Shown: in pieces, positions 48,532 to 60,057 of the stretch
Layout of the letters: every line of letters starts with the position of its first letter
How positions within the stretch are numbered: position 1 is the stretch's first letter
Made by a program: the position numbers and the translations under genes
The notes under the pieces: generated by a model
What the model was told of the DNA's origin: nothing
The model's database searches: none
What the model saw: the letters and a program-made list of their open reading frames with translations, nothing else
NCBI GenBank assembly: GCA_963835575.1
Contig: CAWIGG010000002.1
Span: 416,001-480,000 of the forward strand
Reading direction: 5' to 3'
DNA from: an uncultured Spirochaetota bacterium
GTDB taxonomy: Bacteria; Spirochaetota; Brevinematia; Brevinematales; JAOACQ01
DNA length: 64,000 nucleotides

Positions 48532-50478
48532 ATGAAAATAATTTCTAAGGATCATAAAATGAAATTGTTTGTTCCGGGAAGAATCTGTCTCTTCGGCGAG
48601 CATAGCGACTGGGCCGGAGGTTATAGAAGAATCAATGCGGAAATTGAAAAGGGATTTGCGGTTATATCCGGAACAAATCAGGGTTTATACGCGGAAATAA
48701 AACCGCATCCTAATAAGCTGATATTCCATTCAACCCGGAATGACGGCACGGCGGAAACATTCGAATGCCCGATGAAACGGGAAGACCTTCTCAGGGAAGC
48801 GGAAAAAGGGGGATATTTCAGCTATTCCGCGGGTGTCGCTTTTCAGATTCTCACTCATTACCGGGTCCATGGGCTCGAAATCGAAAATTACAAAACAGAC
48901 CTCCCAATCAAAAAAGGCCTTTCTTCGAGCGCGGCCGTCTGCGTACTGGTCGCAAGGGCTTTTAACCGTATCTACGATTTAAAAATGACTGTACGCGGAG
49001 AAATGGAATTCGCCTACCTGGGGGAAATCACCACACCCTCCCGGTGCGGAAGGCTCGATCAGGGCTGCGCTTACGGGACCCGGCCGATTATGCTGACCTT
49101 TGACGGCGACCGGATTGATGTTGCCGAGCTCAACGCCGGCAAAGACCTTCATTTTGTGATCGTGGATTTGCATGCATCCAAAGATACCAAAGAAATCCTG
49201 TCCAAACTGAATCATTGTTTTCCTTTTGCCGAAAATGATATCCAGAAAGGCGTTCAGAACTATCTCGGCCCGATTAACCGCCGGATTGTCCATGAAGCGG
49301 CTGAAGCGCTCAGGGAAGGCAATGCGGAAAAAATCGGAAGTTTGATGCGGAGTGCCCAGGAACAGTTTGATCAATACTGTATTCCGGCCTGCCCATCCCA
49401 GCTTGAGGCGCCGGTACTGCATAAAATATTAAATTATCCTCCCATCCAGAAATATATTTTCGGCGGAAAAGGCGTCGGCTCACAGGGAGACGGAACGGTC
49501 CAGTTCATTGTCAAAGACGCCGATGCCCAGGATCAAGTCGTATCCATTCTGGAAAATGACCTGAAGCTTTCCGCTTTAAAACTCACTTTACCGTCCGTCA
49601 GGGGGATCAGAAAGGCTGTCATTCCGGCGGCGGGATTCGGTACCAGGCTTTTCCCGGCTACAAAAGCCATAAAAAAAGAGCTTTTTCCGGTTATTGACAA
49701 GACCGGCCGCATCAAACCGGCAATTATGGCTATCGTGGAAGAAGCGTTATCCGCGGGAATAGAAGAAATCTGCATCATTATTCAGGCCGGAGACAGAGCG
49801 GTATTCGAAAATTTCTTCCGGAATCCGCCCCCGATCGAGCATTTCAATAAGCTTTCCAGGGAAGACCAGCAATACTGTGATTTTCTTCTCGAAATCGGCC
49901 ACCGGATTACCTTTATTGAACAGCAGGTCCAGGAAGGATTCGGGCATTCGGTTTTCTGTGCGCGTGAATGGGTAAACAATGAAACTTTTCTGCTGCTCCT
50001 GGGTGATCATCTGTATTCTTCCGGCAGTGAAGAATCCTGCGCAAAGCAGATGCTTACCGCCTTTGAAAAATATGGAAAAAGCGTTGTCGGGCTCATGACG
50101 GCCCGCCTGGATGAGGTTAAGAATTTCGGCTGTATTACCGGAAATTGGGAAATAGAAAACAGTGTTTTAAACATTACCGAATTTTATGAAAAGCCTTCCG
50201 AGGAATACGCGCGGGAATATCTGTATATTCCCGGCATGCCTGAAGATACCTATTTGACTGTTTTCGGACAATATGTTTTATCATCTAAAATATTCGAGTT
50301 TCTGGAAGAGCATATCAGTCACAATATCAGGGAAAAAGGCGAATTCCAGCTGACTTCATGTCTGGATGAACTGCGCCGGCAGGAAGGTTTTGTCGGCCAG
50401 GTTATTAAAGGCAAACGCTTCGATATCGGGATTCCGGAGTCGTACCGGGAAACCCTGAACCAATTCCGGAATAGCTGA
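48532..50478 (+). CDS. GHMP sugar kinase fused to GalU-like NDP-sugar pyrophosphorylase
   Basis: PGRICLFGEHSD, PIKKGLSSSAA; then KAVIPAAGFGTRLFPATKAIKKELFP, GFGHSV, LLGD, GEFQLT. Confidence 0.88.
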   Translation: MKIISKDHKMKLFVPGRICLFGEHSDWAGGYRRINAEIEKGFAVISGTNQGLYAEIKPHPNKLIFHSTRNDGTAETFECPMKREDLLREAEKGGYFSYSAGVAFQILTHYRVHGLEIENYKTDLPIKKGLSSSAAVCVLVARAFNRIYDLKMTVRGEMEFAYLGEITTPSRCGRLDQGCAYGTRPIMLTFDGDRIDVAELNAGKDLHFVIVDLHASKDTKEILSKLNHCFPFAENDIQKGVQNYLGPINRRIVHEAAEALREGNAEKIGSLMRSAQEQFDQYCIPACPSQLEAPVLHKILNYPPIQKYIFGGKGVGSQGDGTVQFIVKDADAQDQVVSILENDLKLSALKLTLPSVRGIRKAVIPAAGFGTRLFPATKAIKKELFPVIDKTGRIKPAIMAIVEEALSAGIEEICIIIQAGDRAVFENFFRNPPPIEHFNKLSREDQQYCDFLLEIGHRITFIEQQVQEGFGHSVFCAREWVNNETFLLLLGDHLYSSGSEESCAKQMLTAFEKYGKSVVGLMTARLDEVKNFGCITGNWEIENSVLNITEFYEKPSEEYAREYLYIPGMPEDTYLTVFGQYVLSSKIFEFLEEHISHNIREKGEFQLTSCLDELRRQEGFVGQVIKGKRFDIGIPESYRETLNQFRNS

Positions 50479-50555
50479 TCTTTCGCCATTTCAGCAGAGG
50501 CATTTCTTTCCGATCCGTCATCAATGTATTGAATTTATAAAAATAGAAAAAACTC

Positions 50556-51652
<1,097 letters not shown>

Positions 51653-51678
51653 TTTAATATTCCTGTCTTTTGAGTGTC

Positions 51679-54159
51679 TCAGGTCTTTCTGAACAAAAAT
51701 TTCGGTTTTATCATCAGGATTACAGAGGGCATAATGGTGAGCGCCGCGATGATGCAGATCATGATGGACGAAGCAATGAGAAATCCGAAATAAACCACCG
51801 GCTGGAAATTACTGAAGAGCAGCACCACAAATCCGATTACCACGGAAAGTCCGTTGAATACGATCCCCTTGCCGATGGTCGTCATGGTCGCGCGGTAAGC
51901 CTCTTCGAGATTGCCGAATTTCTGCATCAACTCACGCAGACGCCACAAAAAGTAAGCGGTATAATCGGTTCCGGCGCCGATCATAATGCTGGATAGAATG
52001 ACCGTAACCATGTCCAGTTTGATGCGGAAAATGGACATGCACCCGAAAACAGAAAGAATTGCAATAATCAACGGAACCGCTGATACTAATCCGGCGGCAA
52101 ATGACCGGAAAATCACCATATAACAGATTATTATAACGCCGATACTGAGCAAAATACTGTAAATCTGGCCTTCGATCAGTAGCGGGGAGAGTTCCTGGCT
52201 ATACATGATGGTACCGCCGAATGATGTGACGGCATCCGGGGGCGGGTCTTTTTTTATAAAATCTTTCAGCGCGTCAATGACGGCTTGAACTTTACGAGTG
52301 TTCATTTCCGGCAGCTGGATAATGATCTGGGCATTGTTATATTTAAAATCCACCAGCGACGAAAGGTCTTTTCCGCCGCCGGCGCTTTCAAACAGGAGCA
52401 GATATTGCGCGATCAGGTTTCTGCTGTCCGGAACAAAGTCTTTTGAAGCATCATCCTGCATGACTGAATTGAGGTAGGCTATCTGATCGGCTAGCGAATA
52501 GGCATCACCGATCATCGGCCTCCCGGTCATGGCATTTGTCAGCGATTTCGCGTATTTCTGCAGCCGTTCCATCCAGTGCAGCATTTCAGGGCTTTTCATC
52601 GGACCGTCTTCGCCAGATTCAGGAACGACGGGATTCCGGGATTCGAGCAGCAGATTGATGGACGCCGCTCCTGAAAACTTCCTGCCCAGCATTTCAAAAG
52701 TCTGCCGGACTGGATTGTTTTTCTTGTAAAACTCGACCATATTATTATCCACATCGATGCGGGGTATCAATACAGCGAACAGCACCAGAACGGCGGCCGT
52801 ACCGCCAACCAGCGCTGTTTTGTTGCGGATAACAAACGATGCAGTCTTTCCAAGCAGACTGTCGGTAAATGACCCATGCCTGGCTTTCAGCAGATGCGAG
52901 GGCGTCTTCAACAGGCTCAGAATGGACGGCGTGAGCACAACCGTTAGAATAAAAGACAGAACAATACCGAACGCGCTGAAAAAGCCGAGATAGGCGATGC
53001 TTTTCAGCGGGTGCCCGTACATCGCCAGAAAACCGATGATCACCGTTGTTACGGAAAGAAAAATGGGCGTGGACATTTTGATAATGCCTGACTTTGCCAC
53101 GTTATTCATCGCATTTTTCCCGAGATCCCGCTGAACATCCTCATAATAATTTGCGATCAGCTGGGTCCCGTAACTATGAGCAATGGCAATAAACATCGGC
53201 GGTATGATAACATATGGCAGAATGAGCACTTCTTTCATCCACCCGATAAAACCGTATAATCCGGTCAGGCTCAGCATGACGACGCAGAGGGGAAGCAGCA
53301 TACCACGCTTGCTGCGGAAAAAAGCGAACAAGACCGCCAGCATAATCATAATTCCGAAGATAAGAAACAGCATCATTTCAATAACTGTTTTCCCGAATGT
53401 GTCGTACCGCAGGTAGGTATATCCCGACAGGGAAATTTTTACGCTGTCATCTTCATACTTAGCCTTGAGGTTTTCCAGGGTCGGTTTTTCGGGGTGTTTT
53501 GCGTTCCGGCCGCAGATTTCGCTGTCATCCACCCTGACGGATACCTGCTGCCCATTGGAAGTTAAGGATATATTCTGGCGCACATTGGCCAAGATAAGAG
53601 TGACCGTGTCATCTGCGCTGACCAGTTTGCTGCCGAGGAGTTTATTTTTCTTCACCCTCGATTTAAGATCTTCCATTTCAGACGGGGTCCGGGGAATCCG
53701 CTCCATAAAAGGGCGGGTAACCAGTGTGTCATCTTCTATGGCAGCGTCTTTTGCTTCGGACAGGGAGATAACGGTATCGACGTATGGGGCTGTTTTCAGT
53801 TCGCGGCTGACAGCCTGAACCTTTTCCAGGACGGCCGGGTCCCATATTGTGCCTTTCTTTGACTCAATGCTGATGAAAACGGATTCAACGCCGCCGAAGA
53901 GCCTGTCAATTTTCTTTGTCGCGATGTCGCATGGCACCGTTGACGGCATGACCGATTTCAGGTCTACATCAATCCGCAGATTCCTGGCGCCGATCCCCAG
54001 TATTGCTATGAAAATGCATGAAAGGGCAATGGACACTTTCGGATGATTTGTTACGGTATGAGCGATCCGCTCTATGCCGATCAGCCGGTATATCAAGTAT
54101 ACAATGAAAAAACTGGCCAGCACAATAATGAGAATGTGGTTGTCAGTGAGAAACTGCAT
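51679..54159 (-). CDS. MMPL/RND family transporter, copy 2
   Basis: Collinear paralogue of 30911-33400. Confidence 0.9.
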   Translation of the reverse strand: MQFLTDNHILIIVLASFFIVYLIYRLIGIERIAHTVTNHPKVSIALSCIFIAILGIGARNLRIDVDLKSVMPSTVPCDIATKKIDRLFGGVESVFISIESKKGTIWDPAVLEKVQAVSRELKTAPYVDTVISLSEAKDAAIEDDTLVTRPFMERIPRTPSEMEDLKSRVKKNKLLGSKLVSADDTVTLILANVRQNISLTSNGQQVSVRVDDSEICGRNAKHPEKPTLENLKAKYEDDSVKISLSGYTYLRYDTFGKTVIEMMLFLIFGIMIMLAVLFAFFRSKRGMLLPLCVVMLSLTGLYGFIGWMKEVLILPYVIIPPMFIAIAHSYGTQLIANYYEDVQRDLGKNAMNNVAKSGIIKMSTPIFLSVTTVIIGFLAMYGHPLKSIAYLGFFSAFGIVLSFILTVVLTPSILSLLKTPSHLLKARHGSFTDSLLGKTASFVIRNKTALVGGTAAVLVLFAVLIPRIDVDNNMVEFYKKNNPVRQTFEMLGRKFSGAASINLLLESRNPVVPESGEDGPMKSPEMLHWMERLQKYAKSLTNAMTGRPMIGDAYSLADQIAYLNSVMQDDASKDFVPDSRNLIAQYLLLFESAGGGKDLSSLVDFKYNNAQIIIQLPEMNTRKVQAVIDALKDFIKKDPPPDAVTSFGGTIMYSQELSPLLIEGQIYSILLSIGVIIICYMVIFRSFAAGLVSAVPLIIAILSVFGCMSIFRIKLDMVTVILSSIMIGAGTDYTAYFLWRLRELMQKFGNLEEAYRATMTTIGKGIVFNGLSVVIGFVVLLFSNFQPVVYFGFLIASSIMICIIAALTIMPSVILMIKPKFLFRKT

Positions 54160-54162
54160 AGA

Positions 54163-55842
54163 CTACTCCTTGGGTGACTGCGGAATGAAATTCCACGCGT
54201 AGGATAATCGGACATACGCGGTTGAATCATCGTAAAACATACCGAGGGGATCATTGCGGTCAATGCGTACAGTTCCGTTATTGTCCTTGATAACGGCGTA
54301 GAAAAAAGACGCCCCGACTGATACGCTCAAATCATCTGATATCCGCCACTGGATTTCCGGCATGACAGACCCTCGTCCAAACCTTGTTTCCTCTTTTTCA
54401 TCATAATTGACTGGTAGAAAATAGGAAAGCGTCAGGGATGGAATGACAGATTCATTGAATAGCGGCCACTGGGAACGGGTAACAAAACCATGCGTCAGTC
54501 CCTCAAACTGATTGCCCAGCTGCTGCGTGAACGCCCTGTAATAATACTCCTTCATGTATGCCGCATTTCCGGCCTGGCTGGTATCGGGCATGCCGTTCGG
54601 ATAATCCGTAAAGAAAGCTGAGTCATAGGCAAACACATATGTTCCCGTGTACTGCATGTTGATATACCACGCGTCATCCGGGCCATAGGACAGGTCGAAC
54701 CCGATGGTCCAGTCCAGCTGGGGGTTACGTATAGAAATTTCGGAGCCCGCTGGGCGCTCTCCAATGGAATAGCAGGCTTCGCCCCACAGCCCGACGGGAC
54801 CGGCGGCCGTCTTAAAATCTAACCCCAACCGGTGGATCCTTATACGTTCCATGCTTATGGAAGAAATACGCTGTGCGGACTGATTGATGTTTGACGAAAG
54901 CGAGGATTCCAGTTGGGCTATGAGCGCGGGATCATTCGGGATAATGCCGTTTGAGACCGCATTGTTCACTGCCGTGTTTACCGCGTTATCCTTTATGGAA
55001 TCCGGCAGCGGGTTGTATTCCTCCAGTTCGATTACGGGAGAATAGAACTGGTCAATATCATAAGCGTACATAATGGAAACATCGACCGGGCCTGTAAAGA
55101 GGTTGGCCCGCAGCGCCACCACCGGTTTTTTCAAATCCGTATCTTCTTCAAAGCGGATATCTTTGCTCATAACAGAATCTACTGTTGAAGACGCAGATGT
55201 TATCCCCATATCGCCGGTTGCCATATTGAAGCTCGTTATATTAAGCTTAAAGTTATTTACGATGTGTTTATTGAAAAACTCTTGCGGGATTTTATCCGCG
55301 GCATTGTAAGGGTAGAGGCTTTCCTGTTTAAACGGCATGTAAACAGCGTCAACGGAAATCCAGGAGGCAGGGTACGCTGTAAACAGGAAAGAAGGATTCG
55401 GCAATTTTTTTATATCCGCGGGATTACGGTAATCGAACCGGTTGAAGATTGCAGTCGGATTTAATCCGTCGGCCTTGCCCCAGGCAAAAACCTGATTTCC
55501 AACGGAAAGCCGCATACCGGACGGATTCCATGCGATAGTGTTTTCATCGGCATAAAGTTCAACCAGGTTTGTCATATTATTGTATCCCATAATCAGGTCG
55601 CCGTTCCAATGGGACACGAATTTAAAGTCTCCGGAATTGATATCCACTCCGAAAAGATTTCTGATTTTGGGTGAACGGATATAATCAGTCAGAGAAGTAT
55701 CATCCGGAAGGCCGGTAACCGGGAGAAAATATTCAATCGCCGTTTTATCAAACAGTTTCATTTCGCCTGCAGATGCCGTTTTTATGCTGAAAACGGCTAT
55801 CTGAACAATAATACTGATCACTAAACAGATGGACCGCCGCAT
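54163..55842 (-). CDS. Putative outer-membrane beta-barrel (DUF1302-like), copy 2
   Basis: 559-aa paralogue of 29228-30907. Confidence 0.7.
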   Translation of the reverse strand: MRRSICLVISIIVQIAVFSIKTASAGEMKLFDKTAIEYFLPVTGLPDDTSLTDYIRSPKIRNLFGVDINSGDFKFVSHWNGDLIMGYNNMTNLVELYADENTIAWNPSGMRLSVGNQVFAWGKADGLNPTAIFNRFDYRNPADIKKLPNPSFLFTAYPASWISVDAVYMPFKQESLYPYNAADKIPQEFFNKHIVNNFKLNITSFNMATGDMGITSASSTVDSVMSKDIRFEEDTDLKKPVVALRANLFTGPVDVSIMYAYDIDQFYSPVIELEEYNPLPDSIKDNAVNTAVNNAVSNGIIPNDPALIAQLESSLSSNINQSAQRISSISMERIRIHRLGLDFKTAAGPVGLWGEACYSIGERPAGSEISIRNPQLDWTIGFDLSYGPDDAWYINMQYTGTYVFAYDSAFFTDYPNGMPDTSQAGNAAYMKEYYYRAFTQQLGNQFEGLTHGFVTRSQWPLFNESVIPSLTLSYFLPVNYDEKEETRFGRGSVMPEIQWRISDDLSVSVGASFFYAVIKDNNGTVRIDRNDPLGMFYDDSTAYVRLSYAWNFIPQSPKE

Positions 55843-55846
55843 AGGA

Positions 55847-56620
55847 TTATTTCTCCAGATATTTTATGCTGAATACATCCGGATTGACCCCGCCGTTGAT
55901 AACGGTGTTTTCCATTTGAATGATGGTGGAACTGCCCGATGCGCTGACCGCAGCTGTTTTCAGTGCCATGAGTATCCCGCTGATTGTCTTTACTTCCTGG
56001 ATAGCGACGGTCTTATCCAGCGCTCCGCTTTTATCATACATCTCAGATTTATAAGTGAAGTAATCATCCTGGGCAACCCAGAGTATGGATTTTGAATACG
56101 GAGCGTCGATCTTTTTGGGTACGCTTTGAATTACATAGCATGAAATTGATTCATCGGTCCCATTCCGTACTGCCTGGATTTGATCGGTTTTTATATAGGA
56201 ATAGGTGTAATCTTCCTGGGAATGCTCTTCCATATCATAATAGGTAAAATCCGACCCCATAAATTTCCCGCTTTTACCGGACGCCGCTATTTTCCTGATT
56301 TTCCCAAGAGCCGGAAGGTACAAACGCTGATTGTCCCCTTCTTTATTATTCCCGATTGTCAGGAATTTAGTGCCGGCCACATCCGCCGGAGATATAAACT
56401 CCGCGAGGGAATCGGTGCCAAAATCGGTTTTCCTCATAGTGGATTTAATGGTCCTTTTTTTAACTCCGCCGGTTTGTTTCAATGTCATAGTAATGGTGGA
56501 AGCCATATCATTGGCTTTCGGTAAACCGTAAGACTTGCTCATAATTTCATCAGCGTCCGGTGCGCCGAATGCCGTAGAAGCGGCAATAAGGCAGCCTATC
56601 AGGATCAGTTGAAATCTCAT
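55847..56620 (-). CDS. LolA-like outer-membrane lipoprotein-sorting family protein, copy 2
   Basis: Paralogue of 28451-29224; RBS GGAGG before ATG 56620. Confidence 0.85.
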   Translation of the reverse strand: MRFQLILIGCLIAASTAFGAPDADEIMSKSYGLPKANDMASTITMTLKQTGGVKKRTIKSTMRKTDFGTDSLAEFISPADVAGTKFLTIGNNKEGDNQRLYLPALGKIRKIAASGKSGKFMGSDFTYYDMEEHSQEDYTYSYIKTDQIQAVRNGTDESISCYVIQSVPKKIDAPYSKSILWVAQDDYFTYKSEMYDKSGALDKTVAIQEVKTISGILMALKTAAVSASGSSTIIQMENTVINGGVNPDVFSIKYLEK

Positions 56621-56784
56621 AAATAACCTCCTGTGTTTAGAATACAAAAATGGCACACAGTGTCATTTTTGTATTTAATAACAATGTAACACAAACTGAA
56701 CTGTTTGTCAAGAACGGCACAAAATATTTTTTATGTTAAATGAATCATATTGACACTCAATGACAATTGCTATATAATCAATCT

Positions 56785-57378
56785 ATGAATGAAAATGATG
56801 AGAGTGTAAAAAACCTTCGAGAACGGCAGTATGAGTTCGCACGTAAAAGTATCTTTGATGCAGCTTTTGAACTTTTTAAAACGAAAGGCTTTGAAGAAAC
56901 AACCGTTGACGACATCGCCAGGGCTGCCGGAACTTCCCGGCGGACCTATTTCCGTTACTTTAAGACGAAAGAAGATGTGATCCTGAGTTATATCGTCGAT
57001 CTTGCCAGATTGGCCATAACATTTCTGTCAAATCGTCCGGCTGATGAAAAGCCGATAGTTTCATTACGGTATGCGATCCAGGCTGCAGTAGAAGAGGTAA
57101 TGAACACCAGTCTTGAAACGCTTGAGAAATTGGTCCGTAAAACACCATCTCTCCGCGCGGCATGGCTTTTGCATCTTGATGTTGTGCAAGAACAATTTTC
57201 CGATGTGATTAAACAGCGTTATCCCAATCTGGATAATACGGATGCCCAGATACTGACAAGAATGCTGATTTCCTTTGCGGACATGGCTATTGCATCCTGG
57301 ATATCGGATGTTAAACTTGATCTGGCTTCTTATATTGATGATTTATTAACCAGGCTTATTAAATTGTGCAATGTATAG
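56785..57378 (+). CDS. TetR family regulator, copy 2
   Basis: HTH; paralogue of 27697-28290 (LVRKTPSLRAAWLL; ends LCNV). Confidence 0.92.
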   Translation: MNENDESVKNLRERQYEFARKSIFDAAFELFKTKGFEETTVDDIARAAGTSRRTYFRYFKTKEDVILSYIVDLARLAITFLSNRPADEKPIVSLRYAIQAAVEEVMNTSLETLEKLVRKTPSLRAAWLLHLDVVQEQFSDVIKQRYPNLDNTDAQILTRMLISFADMAIASWISDVKLDLASYIDDLLTRLIKLCNV

Positions 57379-57384
57379 AAATTC

Positions 57385-57618
57385 TTGACGGCAAACCCGG
57401 CATCGCTAACTGCAAAGGAGTTTTATTTCATTGTGACCGCCGTCGACGGAAGCAGAAAGATCATGGTAAGGACTCTGGAAGGATTCAGGGCGTTCACCTC
57501 CTGCCTCGATGGAACGAAAGAAAAGGGTGTCATCTATGGGACCGGCGCCTGGAAAATGGTTGAGAACAAGGGAAAGCCCGCATTTAAGCATGCGTACGAA
57601 ATGGGAAAACAGGTGTAA
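57385..57618 (+). pseudogene. C-terminal fragment of a flavodoxin/NADPH-FMN reductase family protein
   Basis: KEFYFIVTA...GFRAFTSCL...GVIYGTGAW...AYEMGKQV with the N-terminal half missing. Confidence 0.7.
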
Positions 57619-57704
57619 CGTGAATTTAGACACTCTTACTTTTTCCAATAACGATACCAGACCGTTTTATGCTATTCTGATCTGTCCAGCACTCAACTTT
57701 TTTT

Positions 57705-58465
57705 TTAATCTAAAGGAGATTTTTGTGTGAACACGCAGAGATATTCTACATTGCCGCTCTTCTGTCCCTGATCGGCGATTCGATGACTTCGCTATGACTT
57801 AATCCGATCGAATCCGAGTAACCAAGCACATGATCAAGTGCTTCCTGCCGGTGCTCTGAACTCACGAGACCTTTTTTCCCGACCCTCTTTTTGTCCAGCT
57901 CGAACTGCGGCTTGATGAGCGCGATTATGATGGAGCCTTCCTTTAATATCCGGGACACCGGTCCCAGGATTTTAGTCAGGGATATGAATGAGACATCGAT
58001 GACGGCTAGGTCAGGCCTTGGATCAAAAACAGTTTGATCGATAAACCGGGCGTTTGTCTTTTCCATGGAAACGACGCGCGGGTCTTTCCGGAGCTTCCAG
58101 TCCAATTGATTGGTACCGCAATCAACGGCATAAACCCTGGCGGCCCCTCTTTCAAGAAGCGCCTGTGTGAATCCGCCGGTCGAGGCCCCGATATCGACGG
58201 CGGTTTTACCCGCGACATCAATATGAAAATGGTCCATCGCATGGAAAAGCTTGAGGCTTCCTCTGCTGACATAGGGAAAATTTTCCCTGATGCGGATTTG
58301 CGATTCAATAGAAACGGAGGTCCCCGCCTTTGTGACCGGGACTTCATTAATCAGCACTTCCCCGGCAAGAATGAGGGCCTGCGCCTTCTGCCTGGATTCA
58401 CAGAGGCCTTTTTTGACAAGAAGGACATCCAGCCTTTCTTTTTCTATATTTTTTTTATTTTCCAT
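57705..58465 (-). CDS. tlyA: TlyA-family rRNA methyltransferase; apparent 1-base deletion near 57767
   Basis: S4 domain, YVSRG.LKL, DIGASTGGFT, DVSFISL, LIKPQFE; adding one G restores SPIRG..GNVEYL to stop 57705. Confidence 0.9.
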
Positions 58466-58519
58466 ACATAACCTTTAAAATTAGCTATAATTGCCACAGG
58501 CACGGAGATGGTATGATAT

Positions 58520-58750
58520 TCCTGCAAAAGAATCATAGGTGATGTAACTTTAATTCGACGGAATTAAAGGGCCGGCGGCACAGGTTGTCCGTGTCGTGGG
58601 ACAAATCGATGGAGTAACATCGAAAGATCCCGTCACAGAGATTAATCGTCAACCGGCCACCGAACATCCTTGTGTGAGTCGGGGTCTTGACCCCTTCATC
58701 ACGTATAGAAGTAAGGTGTTACACGCTTATGATTTTAAAGCCCCTTGGTT
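58520..58750 (+). ncRNA. Putative IS110 bridge RNA
   Basis: Non-coding left end downstream of the junction promoter; several hairpins; segments matching target (cacagag) and donor (atagaag); boundaries approximate. Confidence 0.6.
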
Positions 58751-58779
58751 CTGTTAATTTTATTAAAAAGGGGAAAAAG

Positions 58780-59874
58780 ATGCAAGAAAAAGTTGGTATT
58801 GCCGGAATTGATTTAAGCAAGAGAAGCATGGTCGTTGTACGGTTGACTGATGGAGGAGAGAAAGTTCAGAGAGGTACTTTTACAACGAACCGGATCGGCA
58901 GAGAACGTTTTATGAAGTGGTTAAAACCCGAAGACACGGTTTACATTGAAGCCGGAAGCAGTTCATTCGGGTTAGCGAAAGAAATCAAGAATGAAGTCAA
59001 AGCAGAGGTTATTGTATTGAATCCCGGCGACATAGCTATGATATACAGGTCATTGAAGAAGACGGATAGAGAAGACGCGTTAAAATTGGCAAGATTGGGA
59101 TTGAGAATACCGAGAGAAGAATTGCCCGAAGTTGCCATTCCTTCAGATGAAGAGGAGGATTGCCGGAGACTGATAAGCGAACATGCTTTTTATACTAAAG
59201 AAAGGACCGGTTTGATCAACCGGCTGCATTCTGTATATTATCAAGCAGGATTAACGGAGCTGACAAAAAAAGACCTGAAGACAAAAGTAAACCGGGATAA
59301 TAGTTGCCGGCTCTTAAGCGAGAGATATTGCGGTGAGGCAAAGCGATTAATGAAAAGGATAGATGAAATCGAAAATGATTTGGAAGAGATTCATAACAAA
59401 GCAATAGAAGTATTAAAAAGCCATTTGGACATAACATCTATTTATATGTCGATGACAGGAATAGGGCCTATAATCAGTCTCGCTTTGTTTTCACACATAG
59501 GGTATTTTGACAGGTTTTCGAAGGCAAAGCAGGTAAGCAATTATGTAGGATTAACTCCAAGGGTAGATCAGTCCGGTAATACAGAAAAAAAAGGAAGAAT
59601 CAGCAAGAGAGGCTGCCGTCAGATCAGAAGAGTTATTGTGCAGGGAGCCTGGTCTTTAGTTCGGTCAAAGAAGAAAAGTCCATTAAAAGATATGTTTACA
59701 CGGATTTGTGTTTCAAGAGGCAAGTTTATAGCTATTACTGCTGTGGCAAGAGCAATGATTGAGATACTATTTTATATGGTTAAAAGACGGCAATATTATT
59801 ATGGAACCAGTCAAACAGAAGTTCTTAAAAAGCTTCGGTTTTATGGTTTATTAAATTCAGGCCAAGGGGCTTGA
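58780..59874 (+). CDS. IS110-family recombinase/transposase
   Basis: GIDLSK, IEAG, KTDREDA (DEDD); GIGPI, YVGLTPRVDQSG (catalytic Ser region). Confidence 0.95.
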   Translation: MQEKVGIAGIDLSKRSMVVVRLTDGGEKVQRGTFTTNRIGRERFMKWLKPEDTVYIEAGSSSFGLAKEIKNEVKAEVIVLNPGDIAMIYRSLKKTDREDALKLARLGLRIPREELPEVAIPSDEEEDCRRLISEHAFYTKERTGLINRLHSVYYQAGLTELTKKDLKTKVNRDNSCRLLSERYCGEAKRLMKRIDEIENDLEEIHNKAIEVLKSHLDITSIYMSMTGIGPIISLALFSHIGYFDRFSKAKQVSNYVGLTPRVDQSGNTEKKGRISKRGCRQIRRVIVQGAWSLVRSKKKSPLKDMFTRICVSRGKFIAITAVARAMIEILFYMVKRRQYYYGTSQTEVLKKLRFYGLLNSGQGA

Positions 59875-60022
59875 CAAATAACATAGAAGGACACAGAGGC
59901 CGGAAAAAATTTGGGGTTGTTTAAATTAATGCCCTTATCCTATTTTTATAAATTTTAAGATATAATAAGTAATTGAGGGCTATTATAAAACATATAAATT
60001 AAATTAACATTCAATATTATAA

Positions 60023-60057
60023 CTCTGTGCCCTCTGTGTCTTCTATGTCTCTGTGGC
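60023..60057. repeat. Right arm of the 9-mer repeat array interrupted by IS110
   Basis: Reverse complement gccacagagacatagaagacacagagggcacagag. Confidence 0.75.

Larger units (their letters stand above)
58508..59889 (+). mobile_element. IS110-family element
   Basis: AG core at 58506-58507 and 59888-59889; joining the ends gives TTGACA-17-TATGAT; about 270-nt structured left end; DEDD recombinase gene. Confidence 0.88.

Noticed and set aside
51653..57400. Second module as its own transposon or an assembly duplicate
   Set aside because: No IRs, target duplication or transposase seen; the sequence is clearly diverged from copy 1.
58687..58779. TTG-start N-terminal extension of the IS110 recombinase
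   Set aside because: The DEDD domain begins right after ATG 58780, which has a purine-rich RBS; the extension overlaps the structured non-coding left end.
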